From assembly GCA_045650425.1 (NCBI GenBank), contig JAZRRD010000083.1, positions 1 to 63,746 of the forward strand: a stretch of 63,746 bases of DNA, read 5' to 3'. Each line of letters begins with the position of its first letter. Positions within the stretch are counted from its first letter, which is position 1. A model generated the notes under the pieces. That model saw nothing but the letters and a program-made list of their open reading frames with translations, was not told where the DNA came from and did no database searches. A program made the translations under genes and the position numbers. The DNA is from Bacilli bacterium. Lineage in GTDB: Bacteria; Bacillota_I; Bacilli_A; RF39; UBA660. Below are positions 18,111 through 27,547 of the stretch, piece by piece.

Positions 18111-18620
18111 ATGAAAAAAATTATATGTGTATTATTTTTAATTACTTTAATATTTATGAGTTCAAAAAAACAAGAAAGTGTAATAATCCCCAAAGAATCA
18201 ATTCGTTTTAGATTAATTGCTAACAGTAATTTAATCGAAGATCAAACTCTAAAAAAGACAATAAAAAAAGATTTAGAAACAAACTTTATTCAAAATTTAT
18301 CTACAAATAATATTAGTAATACAGAAAAAAGTATTAAAGAAAGTCTTAATATAATAGATAATGTTATGAGAAATTATAATGTTGATTATGATGTTTCTTA
18401 TGGTAATAATTATTTTCCTGAAAAAGAGTATAAAGGTGTAAAATATCCAGAAGGAAATTACAAATCTTTAGTTATTACATTAGGTGAGGGTACCGGAGAC
18501 AATTGGTGGTGTGTGTTATTTCCACCTCTATGTTTGATGGAAACTGATAATAATGCTGATGATATAGAATATAAATTTTACGTCCAAAACATATTGGATA
18601 AAATATCGAATCAATCTTAA
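18111..18620 (+). CDS. spoIIR: Stage II sporulation protein R
   Basis: Signal/TM start. IRFRLIANSN...DQ and DNWWCVLFPPLCL match the remembered B. subtilis SpoIIR motifs IRLRILANSD and ANWWCVLFPPLCF. Confidence 0.85.
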   Translation: MKKIICVLFLITLIFMSSKKQESVIIPKESIRFRLIANSNLIEDQTLKKTIKKDLETNFIQNLSTNNISNTEKSIKESLNIIDNVMRNYNVDYDVSYGNNYFPEKEYKGVKYPEGNYKSLVITLGEGTGDNWWCVLFPPLCLMETDNNADDIEYKFYVQNILDKISNQS

Positions 18621-18655
18621 CCTTTTTAAATATAATGTTTTAAGAAGGTTTTTTT

Positions 18656-19189
18656 ATGATAAATTATAGTTCAATTTTTTTAGTAGCAGTAGCTTTAAGT
18701 ATGGATGCCTTTTCTATTGCAATAACCATTGGAATAAACAATATATCTTATAAAAGAAAAATCATGTTTATTTTAGGGGTTGGACTTTGTCACTATTTAC
18801 TACCATGGTTAGGTATGAAATTAGGCCAAACATTTTTTGTCACCTTTATTTTAAATAGTACAAAAATACTAGGAATAATTTTACTGTTTTTAGCAGCTCA
18901 AATGGTTTATGAAAGATTTTTTGAAAGTGACAAAGAAATAAAAACATCTTTTTTTAGTCTTCTCTTATTAATTATTTCTGTAAGCTTAGATAGTTTTATG
19001 ACAGGTATAGGCTTATATGAATTTTTAGGCTCTCATCTTATATTAATTACTTTTTCTGCAACTAGCATGTTATTTTCTTTTCTAGGAATAGTTTTGGGAA
19101 AACTTTTTAACAAAATAATAGGAAAATATAGTGAACTAATTGGTATAGCTATATTGATGCTTGTGGGTGTAAAGTTTTTATTCTCGTAG
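18656..19189 (+). CDS. mntP: Manganese efflux pump MntP (DUF204)
   Basis: Six-TM protein with duplicated LSMDAFSIAI / SLDSFMTGI motifs. Confidence 0.85.
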   Translation: MINYSSIFLVAVALSMDAFSIAITIGINNISYKRKIMFILGVGLCHYLLPWLGMKLGQTFFVTFILNSTKILGIILLFLAAQMVYERFFESDKEIKTSFFSLLLLIISVSLDSFMTGIGLYEFLGSHLILITFSATSMLFSFLGIVLGKLFNKIIGKYSELIGIAILMLVGVKFLFS

Positions 19190-19234
19190 TTGACATTTCT
19201 AAATGATAATATTATATTTTAAGTGAAACATTAC

Positions 19235-19262
19235 TTGAAATAAAAAAACAATATGTTATAAT
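19235..19262 (+). promoter_or_regulatory. Sigma-A promoter with extended -10 upstream of murA
   Basis: TTGAAA (19235-19240), 16-nt spacer, TGtTATAAT (19254-19262). Confidence 0.5.
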
Positions 19263-19348
19263 AAACCAGGTATAAAAGACTCAGTAACAAAAGTCTAGTT
19301 TTTTCATAAATAATAGTAAGAAATAACTAGATAAAAGGAAGTGTTTAA

Positions 19349-20602
19349 ATGAAGAAAATAATAATTGAAGGTGGAAATGAATTATCAGGGACTATCAATA
19401 TAAGTGGAGCAAAAAATAGCGCAGTGGCATTACTTCCAGCAGCTATTTTGTCAGATGAAGAAGTAAGTATTTATAATGTACCAAACATTTCAGATAGAAA
19501 TGCTTTAATAGAAATATTAGAACTTTTAAATTGTAAAGTAGAATTACATAACGAAGAAATGAAAATTATTACAAAAAATTTACAAAATAACACAATTCCA
19601 GAACAGTTGGGAAAAAAACTAAGAGCTTCATATTATTTTATGGGGGCTTTATTAAGTAAGTTTAAACATGTAGAAATGCATTTTCCGGGAGGATGTAATA
19701 TCGGTGCAAGACCAATTGATTTGCATTTAAAAGGGTTTGAAATGCTAGGTGCAACTATTAATATAGAAAACGATAAATATATAATTGATGCTAAGGAATT
19801 AGTGGGAACAAGGATTTATTTAGATTTTGCAAGTGTAGGTGCAACAATAAATTTAATGCTAGCTGCAGTAAAGGCAAAAGGTACCACAATTATTTCTAAC
19901 GCGGCTAGAGAAGCAGAAATTACAAATGTTGCAACTTTCTTAAATAATATGGGGGCTCAAATTACTGGTGCGGGTACAAGCGAAATAAAAATTGTAGGAG
20001 TTGAACACTTAGGTAAAGGTATAATAGAAGTGATTCCAGATCGAATTGAAGCGGGAACATATTTAATAATGGGAGCATTGTTAGGAAAGAATTTAGTTAT
20101 TAACAATGTTATCGAAGAGCATATAGAATCACTACTTAGTAAATTAAAAGATATGAAAGTTGATTTTGAAATAAATTCTAATAAAATAATTATAAACAAG
20201 TCAACCAATTTACAAGCTATTAATATTAAAACTTTAGTTTTTCCAGGATTTCCTACTGATTTAGGGCAGCCAATGTCTGCGTTATTAACACAAGCTGATG
20301 GAGTTAGCTTGTTCGAAGAAACTCTTTATGAAAACAGAATGGGTCATGTTCCATATTTAAATAATATGGGTGCAAATATCAAAGTAAATGGAACTACTGC
20401 AATTATAATTGGTCCTACAAAACTAAAAGGATGCGAGGTTGTCGCAACAGATCTTCGCGGCGGTGCATGTATGGTTATAGCCGGTTTAATAGCGGAAGGA
20501 AAAACTATAATAAAGGATGCCGAACATATTTTAAGAGGGTATGAAAATATTATCGAAAAACTTACTAATGTCGGTGCTAAGATATATATCGAAGAAATAT
20601 AA
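19349..20602 (+). CDS. murA: UDP-N-acetylglucosamine 1-carboxyvinyltransferase
   Basis: ISGAKNSAVALLPAAIL. Active-site region PGGCNIGARPIDLH. 417 aa. Confidence 0.95.
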   Translation: MKKIIIEGGNELSGTINISGAKNSAVALLPAAILSDEEVSIYNVPNISDRNALIEILELLNCKVELHNEEMKIITKNLQNNTIPEQLGKKLRASYYFMGALLSKFKHVEMHFPGGCNIGARPIDLHLKGFEMLGATINIENDKYIIDAKELVGTRIYLDFASVGATINLMLAAVKAKGTTIISNAAREAEITNVATFLNNMGAQITGAGTSEIKIVGVEHLGKGIIEVIPDRIEAGTYLIMGALLGKNLVINNVIEEHIESLLSKLKDMKVDFEINSNKIIINKSTNLQAINIKTLVFPGFPTDLGQPMSALLTQADGVSLFEETLYENRMGHVPYLNNMGANIKVNGTTAIIIGPTKLKGCEVVATDLRGGACMVIAGLIAEGKTIIKDAEHILRGYENIIEKLTNVGAKIYIEEI

Positions 20603-20626
20603 TATAGAGGAAACTCTATATTTTTT
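20602..20626 (+). terminator. Rho-independent terminator after murA
   Basis: Perfect 8-bp stem ATATAGAG / CTCTATAT with a GAAA loop, followed by T6. Confidence 0.75.
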
Positions 20627-20638
20627 GATGGTGATAAA

Positions 20639-21298
20639 ATGAAAAAATTAATAGTTATATTTGGAATAGGTACTCTTATAACCATTCTAATTTATAAAAT
20701 TACAGTCATAAATAAAATTGATGTCTTAGTAGTAGGAGATAGTGTAGCTACCGGAGATACTCTTTATGGTAACAGTGGTGTTAGTTTTAACTTGTTTTTA
20801 AAAGATTATTTAAAAGATAAAAGTCTTAGACATTATAATATAAATTATACTCAAAATAATAAAACACTTAAAGATTTTTATTATGAATTAAATCAAAATG
20901 AACAAATAAATGAAAAACACCTTCAGAATTTAGTTAAGGATTCTGACATAATCATTATTGCTTTAGGTCAAGACGAATTAGTTAATAATTCAAATATCAA
21001 CAATCTAAAAAATATTAACAGAAGAAATTTTTATCAAGATTATCAAAAAATTTTAACCAAAATAAGAGAAATTACCCAAAAACCAATATATTTAGTTGGA
21101 TATTACGGTGATACTATAAATCATTTAAATGAAATTGAAAAAAGTATCAAAGTTATCGCACAAAACCAAAATTGTCAATATATATCAATATCCAATTTAA
21201 TAACTACTGATGACTATGTAGACTCTACTTATATACATCTAAATCATAAGGGGCACCGTAAGATTTTTGAACAAATAAAAAAAGAATTAGCATTGTAA
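20639..21298 (+). CDS. Membrane-anchored SGNH/GDSL-family hydrolase
   Basis: N-terminal TM helix. Block I VVGDSVATGD (GDS). C-terminal HLNHKGH (DxxH-like block V). Confidence 0.65.
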   Translation: MKKLIVIFGIGTLITILIYKITVINKIDVLVVGDSVATGDTLYGNSGVSFNLFLKDYLKDKSLRHYNINYTQNNKTLKDFYYELNQNEQINEKHLQNLVKDSDIIIIALGQDELVNNSNINNLKNINRRNFYQDYQKILTKIREITQKPIYLVGYYGDTINHLNEIEKSIKVIAQNQNCQYISISNLITTDDYVDSTYIHLNHKGHRKIFEQIKKELAL

Positions 21299-21301
21299 AT
21301 C

Positions 21302-21330
21302 TTGACGCTTTATTGTATACTATGTATAAG
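21302..21330 (+). promoter_or_regulatory. Candidate sigma-A promoter for essC
   Basis: TTGACG (21302-21307), 17-nt spacer, TATAAG (21325-21330), followed by an AAAGGAGG Shine-Dalgarno and ATG at 21349. Confidence 0.45.
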
Positions 21331-21348
21331 AGTAAAAGGAGGTCTATT

Positions 21349-24300
21349 ATGCAACTTATTATTATAAAAAATAATAAACTTAGATACTTCTTTTTGCCGA
21401 GCAAAGTTTTTGGTAACTATTGGATTAAAGACGATCAAAATGAAAATCTTATCAATGTTGAAGCGTCTAATAATCAATGGGTACTACGTAGTAATGATGA
21501 AGTTAAAATATTAAATAAAGATATGTATTTAGACTCTGTTTTTTTAATTGAGTACAGTTTTTGTTCATTGAAAAAAATAGATGAAAAAGACCCTTTTATA
21601 CTATATTGCTGCCCAACTCTAGATCATTCTAATAAATATTTAAGGGTTAATGAAAATGCTACGGTATCTATAGGATCTGCAAGTTCTAATGATATTATTT
21701 ATAATAGTCAAAATATTGGTCAATCTCATTGCAAATTAACTTTTAATAATAATCAGTGGGTGTTTAATCATGGAGATTCTTCATTAACTTTTATTAATAA
21801 AGAACTGGCTGAAAACAAAAAGGTTTTTAGCGGGGATATTATTTTTATTATGGGACTAAAAATAATAATTGGAACTAATTTTATTGTAGTAAATAATCCG
21901 AGTGGTAAAGTTAAGTTTAACGATAATGTTTTTAAGCCGATAGAATTCGAAGTTATAACTCCCGAAAATAAAAGTGATGAAGATGAAGATATTTATATTG
22001 AGTTGTATCAACCTGAAGATTACTTTTTAAGACAGCCACGATTTAAATCTACAATTGAAAAAGAACAAATACAGATAGATGCGCCACCTGCTAAGCAAGA
22101 TATGCAAGAAATGCCGCTTATTTACACTATTGGACCAATGATAACTATGGCAATGACATCAATGGTGACAATGGTATCAACAATTACTAATGTTTTAGCT
22201 AGCGGCAAATCATGGACCACTGCTATTCCAAGTATGTTAGTTGCTGGAGCAATGTTAGCATCGGTTTTAATATGGCCTTCATTAACTAGAAGATATAATC
22301 GTAAACAAAAGAAAAAGCGTGAAGAATTACGTAACACTAAATACAAAGCTTATCTTGAAGAAAAGAAAAAGAATATTAGTGAAGCTATCGTAAAACAAAG
22401 ACAAATAGTTATCGATAATAACATTTCTTTGCAAGAGTGTATTAATATTATTAATGCTCGTAAAAGAAACTTATGGGAGCGAGAAAAAGAAGACGATGAT
22501 TTCCTAACAGTTAGAATAGGAGTTGGTTCATCAAGCCCTGATTTAGAAGTAAAAGCGCCAGAACAACATTTCTCATTAGAAGATGATGAACTAAATATAA
22601 TTGTTCAGTCTATCGTTAATCAATCAAAAGTTATGGAAGGAGTTCCTATTAATCTATCTTTAACAGATAAAAATATCGTGGCAATGGTAGGACAAAAGCA
22701 AGTTAATAAAGCTTTTATAGATGGAATTATTCTTCAACTGGCAACATTTCACAGCTATGATGAATTAAAAATTGTTTTATTTACTAATGAGGAAAATATC
22801 AAAGATTGGGAATACATGAAAATCATGCCACATTGTTGGGATGACACTAAAAACATTCGTTTCTTTGCTTCAACTGCTGAAGACATGAAGCAAATTTCAG
22901 GATACCTTGAAAAAATATATAATGATCGTGTATATCCAGAGGGGAATCAAAAAGAAAGTAATTTAGATTATCGTAGTTTTAAACCATATTATTTAATTAT
23001 TACAGATAATTTAAAAGTTGCGAGAAATATTGAAATCATTAAAAAAATATTGGTATCAAAAACAAATCGTGGATTTAGTTTAATTATAAAAAATGAAAGA
23101 TTAGCTAATTTACCTGGAGAATGTCCAGTATTCTTAAATATTGATCCTAATGGCTCAGGTTTATTTGAAAATGAACTAGTTTCAACAAAACAAAAAAGTT
23201 TTACTGCAGATATAGATTATAATCTAGATTTAATGAATGTAGCTAAAACACTTGCTAATGTACCGCTAGAAACCACTGCGGCTGGTGGAAGTTTACCAGA
23301 TTCGGTAAGTTTCTTACAAATGTATAATATTGGAAAAATAGAGCAATTAAATACTCAAAATAGATGGAAAACTAATAATCCAACTAACTCATTAAATGTT
23401 CCAGTAGGAATAGATGAAAATGGTGAAGTATTTAATTTAGATTTACATGAAAAAGCGCACGGTCCACATGGTCTAATTGCTGGAATGACTGGTTCAGGTA
23501 AAAGCGAATTTATAATTACTTATATATTATCACTAGCTGTTAACTATCATCCTAATGAAGTTTCCTTTATCTTAATTGACTACAAGGGTGGGGGTCTAGC
23601 AGGAGCTTTTGAAAATAGAGAAACAGGAATAAAGTTGCCACATCTTGCTGGTACAATAACCAATTTGGATACCATGGAAATGAAGAGATCATTAGCTTCA
23701 ATCCAAAGTGAATTAAGAAGAAGACAACATATGTTTAATGAGGCAAGAGATTCATTAAATGAAAGTACTATTGATATATATAAATATCAAAGATTATATA
23801 GAGATGGTTTAGTTAAAACCCCAATATCACACTTATTTATCATATCAGATGAGTTTGCAGAACTAAAAGCTCAACAACCAGAGTTTATGGCTCAACTAAT
23901 TCAAACGGCTCGTATTGGACGTAGTTTAGGTGTACATTTGATTTTGGCGACTCAAAAACCTGCTGGAGTTGTAGATGACCAAATCTGGAGTAACAGTAAA
24001 TTCAGAGTGTGTTTAAAAGTTCAAGATAAATCAGATAGTATGGATATGATTAAATGTGCAGATGCTGCGATGCTTAAAAATGTCGGTCGTTTCTATTTAC
24101 AGGTTGGTTATAATGAATTTTTTGGGCTTGGACAATCTGCATGGTGTGGGGCTCAATATTATCCGACTGATAAAGTAAAAAAGAATGTTGATAATTCTAT
24201 AGGATTTATTAATACAATTGGACAAGTCATAAGAAATATAGATGATACAAAGAAAAATGTGTCATTGGTTTCAAAGGGCGAAGAATTACCAAACATATTA

Positions 24301-25947
24301 AAATATTTAGTTAACATTGCTAAAGAAGATAATATAAGTGTTAGCCAACTATGGTTAGAAAAAATTCCGGAATTCATATATGTAGAAAATTTGAAACAAA
24401 AATATCGTTTTGCTTCAAAACAATTTGTATTGAATCCAATTATCGGAGAATTTGACGATCCAGAAAATCAACGTCAAGGGCTACTTACTATTCCTTTAAG
24501 TCAAGATGGCAACACTATTATTTATGGTGTAGCAGGAAGCGGAAAAGAATTGTTATTAACGACTATAATTTATTCTTTGATAACAGATCACTCACCTGAT
24601 GAAGTGAATTTCTATATCATGGATTTTGGCGCTGAAACCCTTAAAAACTTTAGAAAAGCACCGCAAGTCGGGGATGTATTATTTGCAACTGAGGATGAAA
24701 AAATAATTAACTTATTAAAAATGTTGCAAGAAAAAATAGAGGAAAGAAAAGCGTTATTTATTGATTACAACGGAGATTATAATTTCTATTGTCAAAATAG
24801 TGGAAAAACATTACCTGCAATAGTAATCATAATTAATAATTATGAAGTTTTCTCTGAAGCTTATTATGAATACGAAGATTTAATTCAACAAATATCTCGT
24901 GATGGATTAAAATATGGAATTATTTTCATCTTTACAACTAATGGTACTAATTCAGTTAAATACCGTTTGCGTCAAAATTTTAAAACTGAATTGGTTTTAC
25001 AAATGAATGACGAAGGTGACTATATAACAATTTACGGAAACACAGGAAAAGTTTATCCATCTAATATAAAAGGGCGAGGAATAGTAAAACTAGAAAGTGT
25101 TTATGAATTTCAAACAGCATATGCTTATAAAGAAACAGAAATGGTTGAATATATAAAATTAGTATGCGATAAACTTCGCGAAAAATATCCTAATAAAGCA
25201 CCTCAAGTTCCAGTATTGCCACAAAGAGTAACATTAGATTTTGTTTCAGGCTTATTAACTGGATTAGGAAGTATACCTATTGGTGTAAAAAAATCTACTT
25301 TAGCTATTGATACAATAGACTTAGCCACAAGATATACAACTATTATTACAGGAAATGATTTAGAAATATATAATTCTTTTATCGGGGCTATTCTTAGTCA
25401 AGTTGCTACTTTAAAACAATCAAGAAATATTGTTTTTGATACTTTGGAAATGGTTCCAAAAAATGTTCATAATTTAACAGAGTATAAAACAAACTCTTTC
25501 GAAGAATTAACATGTGAAATATGTGAATATGTTGATGAATGTTATCAAATATATATAAATAACAACTATAGTAGAACGGCTTTAAATGATAAAGAAAAAT
25601 ACACAGTATTTATAATTGGTATAGATGAATTTTTAAAACGTTTAGAGCCAGAAATTAAAACAAAATTTGTTAAAGCTTTAGAAAAAGGAAAAGATCTAAA
25701 TGTTGTACAATTTGTAATTGTAGATTCAAGTAGTAATCTTAAAAAACAAGAATATGAGTCATGGTATAAGACTGTTATTACACCAAATCGTGGTTTATGG
25801 TTAGGTAATGGTATTGCTGATCAATTCCAATTAAAACTTGCTAAAACTCCTAGAGAATTAAGAGAATTAATAGATGATGGTTTTGGATATAATGTAAAAA
25901 ATGGGCTTGCTACATTAGTTAAACTTGTAGAAGTAGATAAGGAGTAA
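21349..25947 (+). CDS. essC: Type VII secretion FtsK/SpoIIIE-family ATPase EssC/YukBA-type (FHA domains + 2 TM + three P-loop domains)
   Basis: About 1530 aa. The N-terminal ~200 aa have FHA-like repeats (IGSASSNDIIYNS...HCKLTF). Two TM helices follow (PLIYTIGPMITMAMTS..., AIPSMLVAGAMLASVLIW). D1 Walker A GMTGSGKSEF is at 23482-23505, with Walker B LFIISDEFAEL. D2 is GVAGSGKELL (about 24527-24550). D3 is degenerate. True start MQLIIIKNNK at 21349. Confidence 0.9.
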   Translation: MQLIIIKNNKLRYFFLPSKVFGNYWIKDDQNENLINVEASNNQWVLRSNDEVKILNKDMYLDSVFLIEYSFCSLKKIDEKDPFILYCCPTLDHSNKYLRVNENATVSIGSASSNDIIYNSQNIGQSHCKLTFNNNQWVFNHGDSSLTFINKELAENKKVFSGDIIFIMGLKIIIGTNFIVVNNPSGKVKFNDNVFKPIEFEVITPENKSDEDEDIYIELYQPEDYFLRQPRFKSTIEKEQIQIDAPPAKQDMQEMPLIYTIGPMITMAMTSMVTMVSTITNVLASGKSWTTAIPSMLVAGAMLASVLIWPSLTRRYNRKQKKKREELRNTKYKAYLEEKKKNISEAIVKQRQIVIDNNISLQECINIINARKRNLWEREKEDDDFLTVRIGVGSSSPDLEVKAPEQHFSLEDDELNIIVQSIVNQSKVMEGVPINLSLTDKNIVAMVGQKQVNKAFIDGIILQLATFHSYDELKIVLFTNEENIKDWEYMKIMPHCWDDTKNIRFFASTAEDMKQISGYLEKIYNDRVYPEGNQKESNLDYRSFKPYYLIITDNLKVARNIEIIKKILVSKTNRGFSLIIKNERLANLPGECPVFLNIDPNGSGLFENELVSTKQKSFTADIDYNLDLMNVAKTLANVPLETTAAGGSLPDSVSFLQMYNIGKIEQLNTQNRWKTNNPTNSLNVPVGIDENGEVFNLDLHEKAHGPHGLIAGMTGSGKSEFIITYILSLAVNYHPNEVSFILIDYKGGGLAGAFENRETGIKLPHLAGTITNLDTMEMKRSLASIQSELRRRQHMFNEARDSLNESTIDIYKYQRLYRDGLVKTPISHLFIISDEFAELKAQQPEFMAQLIQTARIGRSLGVHLILATQKPAGVVDDQIWSNSKFRVCLKVQDKSDSMDMIKCADAAMLKNVGRFYLQVGYNEFFGLGQSAWCGAQYYPTDKVKKNVDNSIGFINTIGQVIRNIDDTKKNVSLVSKGEELPNILKYLVNIAKEDNISVSQLWLEKIPEFIYVENLKQKYRFASKQFVLNPIIGEFDDPENQRQGLLTIPLSQDGNTIIYGVAGSGKELLLTTIIYSLITDHSPDEVNFYIMDFGAETLKNFRKAPQVGDVLFATEDEKIINLLKMLQEKIEERKALFIDYNGDYNFYCQNSGKTLPAIVIIINNYEVFSEAYYEYEDLIQQISRDGLKYGIIFIFTTNGTNSVKYRLRQNFKTELVLQMNDEGDYITIYGNTGKVYPSNIKGRGIVKLESVYEFQTAYAYKETEMVEYIKLVCDKLREKYPNKAPQVPVLPQRVTLDFVSGLLTGLGSIPIGVKKSTLAIDTIDLATRYTTIITGNDLEIYNSFIGAILSQVATLKQSRNIVFDTLEMVPKNVHNLTEYKTNSFEELTCEICEYVDECYQIYINNNYSRTALNDKEKYTVFIIGIDEFLKRLEPEIKTKFVKALEKGKDLNVVQFVIVDSSSNLKKQEYESWYKTVITPNRGLWLGNGIADQFQLKLAKTPRELRELIDDGFGYNVKNGLATLVKLVEVDKE

Positions 25948-25950
25948 GTT

Positions 25951-26202
25951 ATGAATAAGTTATTAGTTAAAATAAAATATCCCCTTATTTCTCAAGAATA
26001 TGAAATATTTATTCCAATAAATAAAACAATTGGTAAAATTACTGAATTAATTCAAAAAGCTATAATTGAATTTAATGTTGAGGAAATACCAATGAAAAAA
26101 AATGCCATTTTAGTAAAATCAGATACTAACGAAATACTCAATTTTCATAAGTTAGTCTATGAAACTAACATAAAAAATGGTGATGTTTTAGTTATATTGT
26201 AA
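25951..26202 (+). CDS. esaB: YukD/EsaB-like ubiquitin-fold T7SS accessory protein
   Basis: 83 aa, 3 nt after essC. Ends ...NIKNGDVLVIL, like the remembered YukD C-terminus ...ITNGDRLEIL. Confidence 0.65.
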   Translation: MNKLLVKIKYPLISQEYEIFIPINKTIGKITELIQKAIIEFNVEEIPMKKNAILVKSDTNEILNFHKLVYETNIKNGDVLVIL

Positions 26203-26231
26203 ACGTTTTACGTAAAGTAAGACGTTTTCTT

Positions 26232-26260
26232 TTGATGGATAATATATTTAATGGTATACT
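26232..26260 (+). promoter_or_regulatory. Sigma-A promoter with extended -10 for the WXG100 gene pair
   Basis: TTGATG (26232-26237), 17-nt spacer, TGgTATACT (26252-26260). The AGGGAGGTG Shine-Dalgarno lies downstream. Confidence 0.55.
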
Positions 26261-26298
26261 TAAAATAAAGAAATTAAGTAAAATAGGGAGGTGAAACA

Positions 26299-26592
26299 AT
26301 GAGTATTTTTGGTGCTAATACAGGAGATTTATCACATGCTGGAAAAACTATTACAACTTTAGGAGAAGAATATAAATCTAATATTACAAATATTTTTAAT
26401 GAAATTGATAATTTAAGTGGAAAATGGTCTGGTGGTGCTTCTGAAACTTATATTAATACATTTAATAGTTATAAAATGGATTTAAATAATTTAGGAGTAA
26501 CAATCGAAAAAATGGGGCAAGCATTAACAAGTGCTGCAGTTGCTTTTGACCAAAATGAAAGTGATTTAAGTTCACAAGCAGGACAATTATAA
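26299..26592 (+). CDS. esxA: WXG100-family protein (EsxA/YukE-like)
   Basis: 97 aa helical hairpin with a central W-x-G (GKWSGGASETY). Typical size. Adjacent to essC. Confidence 0.8.
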   Translation: MSIFGANTGDLSHAGKTITTLGEEYKSNITNIFNEIDNLSGKWSGGASETYINTFNSYKMDLNNLGVTIEKMGQALTSAAVAFDQNESDLSSQAGQL

Positions 26593-26608
26593 TAAAGGAG
26601 GGAATTAT

Positions 26609-26908
26609 ATGCAAAACAATACATTTAAAATGACATATCAAGAAGTTGAAAATACAGTTGCTCAACTTACAAGATATGCCGATGCTATTAGAGAAGAATT
26701 AGATAGAGTTACAATTGCTTCATCAAATATAACTGCTGATGAATGGAGAGGTAAAGCTGCTGAATCTTATAAAAATACGTTTGACACATTAAGACCAAAA
26801 TTTGATATGTTTTATAATCAAATAATGGAATGTGTTAATTATTTAAATACAGCAATGGGTAAAAATCAAGAAACAGATGCTCAAGTGTCTGGTACATTTG
26901 CAGAATAA
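26609..26908 (+). CDS. Second WXG100-family protein
   Basis: 99 aa with a central W-x-G (ADEWRGKAAESY). Immediately follows the first WXG100 gene. Confidence 0.75.
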   Translation: MQNNTFKMTYQEVENTVAQLTRYADAIREELDRVTIASSNITADEWRGKAAESYKNTFDTLRPKFDMFYNQIMECVNYLNTAMGKNQETDAQVSGTFAE

Positions 26909-26909
26909 A

Positions 26910-26936
26910 AACATCATTAAACATGATGTTTTTTTA
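26910..26936. terminator. Bidirectional rho-independent terminator (WXG100 pair / TetR gene)
   Basis: Perfect 8-bp stem AACATCAT (26910-26917) / ATGATGTT (26923-26930), with T-runs on both strands. Confidence 0.8.
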
Positions 26937-27482
26937 TTTAACCAATTCTTTATAAATTTTAACAAGTCTTTTAATAATTTCTTTACTATCTATCGTAAAA
27001 TCATTCGTTGCAATTAATGTTGCCAAGCCGTTTGAGTATGTCCATAAATGCATAAAAACTGATTTTGCTTCATCAAAAGAATATCCATGCTTATTTACTA
27101 AATTAATTATCGTAGATTGATTCCACTTTTCATTTAACACGTCGTCGATACTCTTCCAATTTAAATTATTAGATAAGAATAAGCAAGTAAATAAATTTTT
27201 GTTTTCTTTAGCAAATTCTACATACGCTACACACAAAGTTACTAAAGCATTTTTATTGTCTATACGTTTGTTGATAAATTCATCATATATTTTATAAATG
27301 GCATCATACAACTCTGTTTTAATTTCATCCATGCCTGAATATATTCTATATAAAGGTTTTGTTGACATTCCTAACTCTTTTGCTAGACTTCTGGCGTTAA
27401 GAGAATCCCAACCATACTTTTTAACCATTAATATTGCAGTGTTAATAATAATTTTTTTATCTACAATCGCAGTCGTTGTCAC
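26934..27482 (-). CDS. TetR/AcrR-family transcriptional regulator
   Basis: N-terminal HTH GWDSLNARSLAKELGMSTKPLYRIYSGMDEI. About 180 aa, all-helical. Confidence 0.85.
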   Translation of the reverse strand: MTTTAIVDKKIIINTAILMVKKYGWDSLNARSLAKELGMSTKPLYRIYSGMDEIKTELYDAIYKIYDEFINKRIDNKNALVTLCVAYVEFAKENKNLFTCLFLSNNLNWKSIDDVLNEKWNQSTIINLVNKHGYSFDEAKSVFMHLWTYSNGLATLIATNDFTIDSKEIIKRLVKIYKELVK

Positions 27483-27547
27483 GGTAAACCTCCTTTGGTA
27501 ACTTATGTTACTTATATTCTAACATTAATTAATTTTGATGTCAAAAA

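Noticed and set aside
18621-18655. Looked for a yybP-ykoY manganese riboswitch upstream of mntP
   Set aside because: The spacer between spoIIR and mntP is only 35 nt, too short for the riboswitch. Only a weak AACCTT/AAGGTT hairpin is present.
19270-19300. Short hairpin AGACT...AGTCT plus T-run in the murA leader as a possible attenuator
   Set aside because: The stem is only 5 bp with an 11-nt loop, which is too weak to call. No alternative antiterminator pairing is evident.
20639-21298. SGNH hydrolase upstream of essC as a possible T7SS lipase effector
   Set aside because: It has a classical N-terminal hydrophobic anchor or signal, so it is probably Sec-dependent. It has no WXG/LXG-type helical domain and is separated from essC by a promoter-like sequence. 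I kept it only as context in the T7SS finding.
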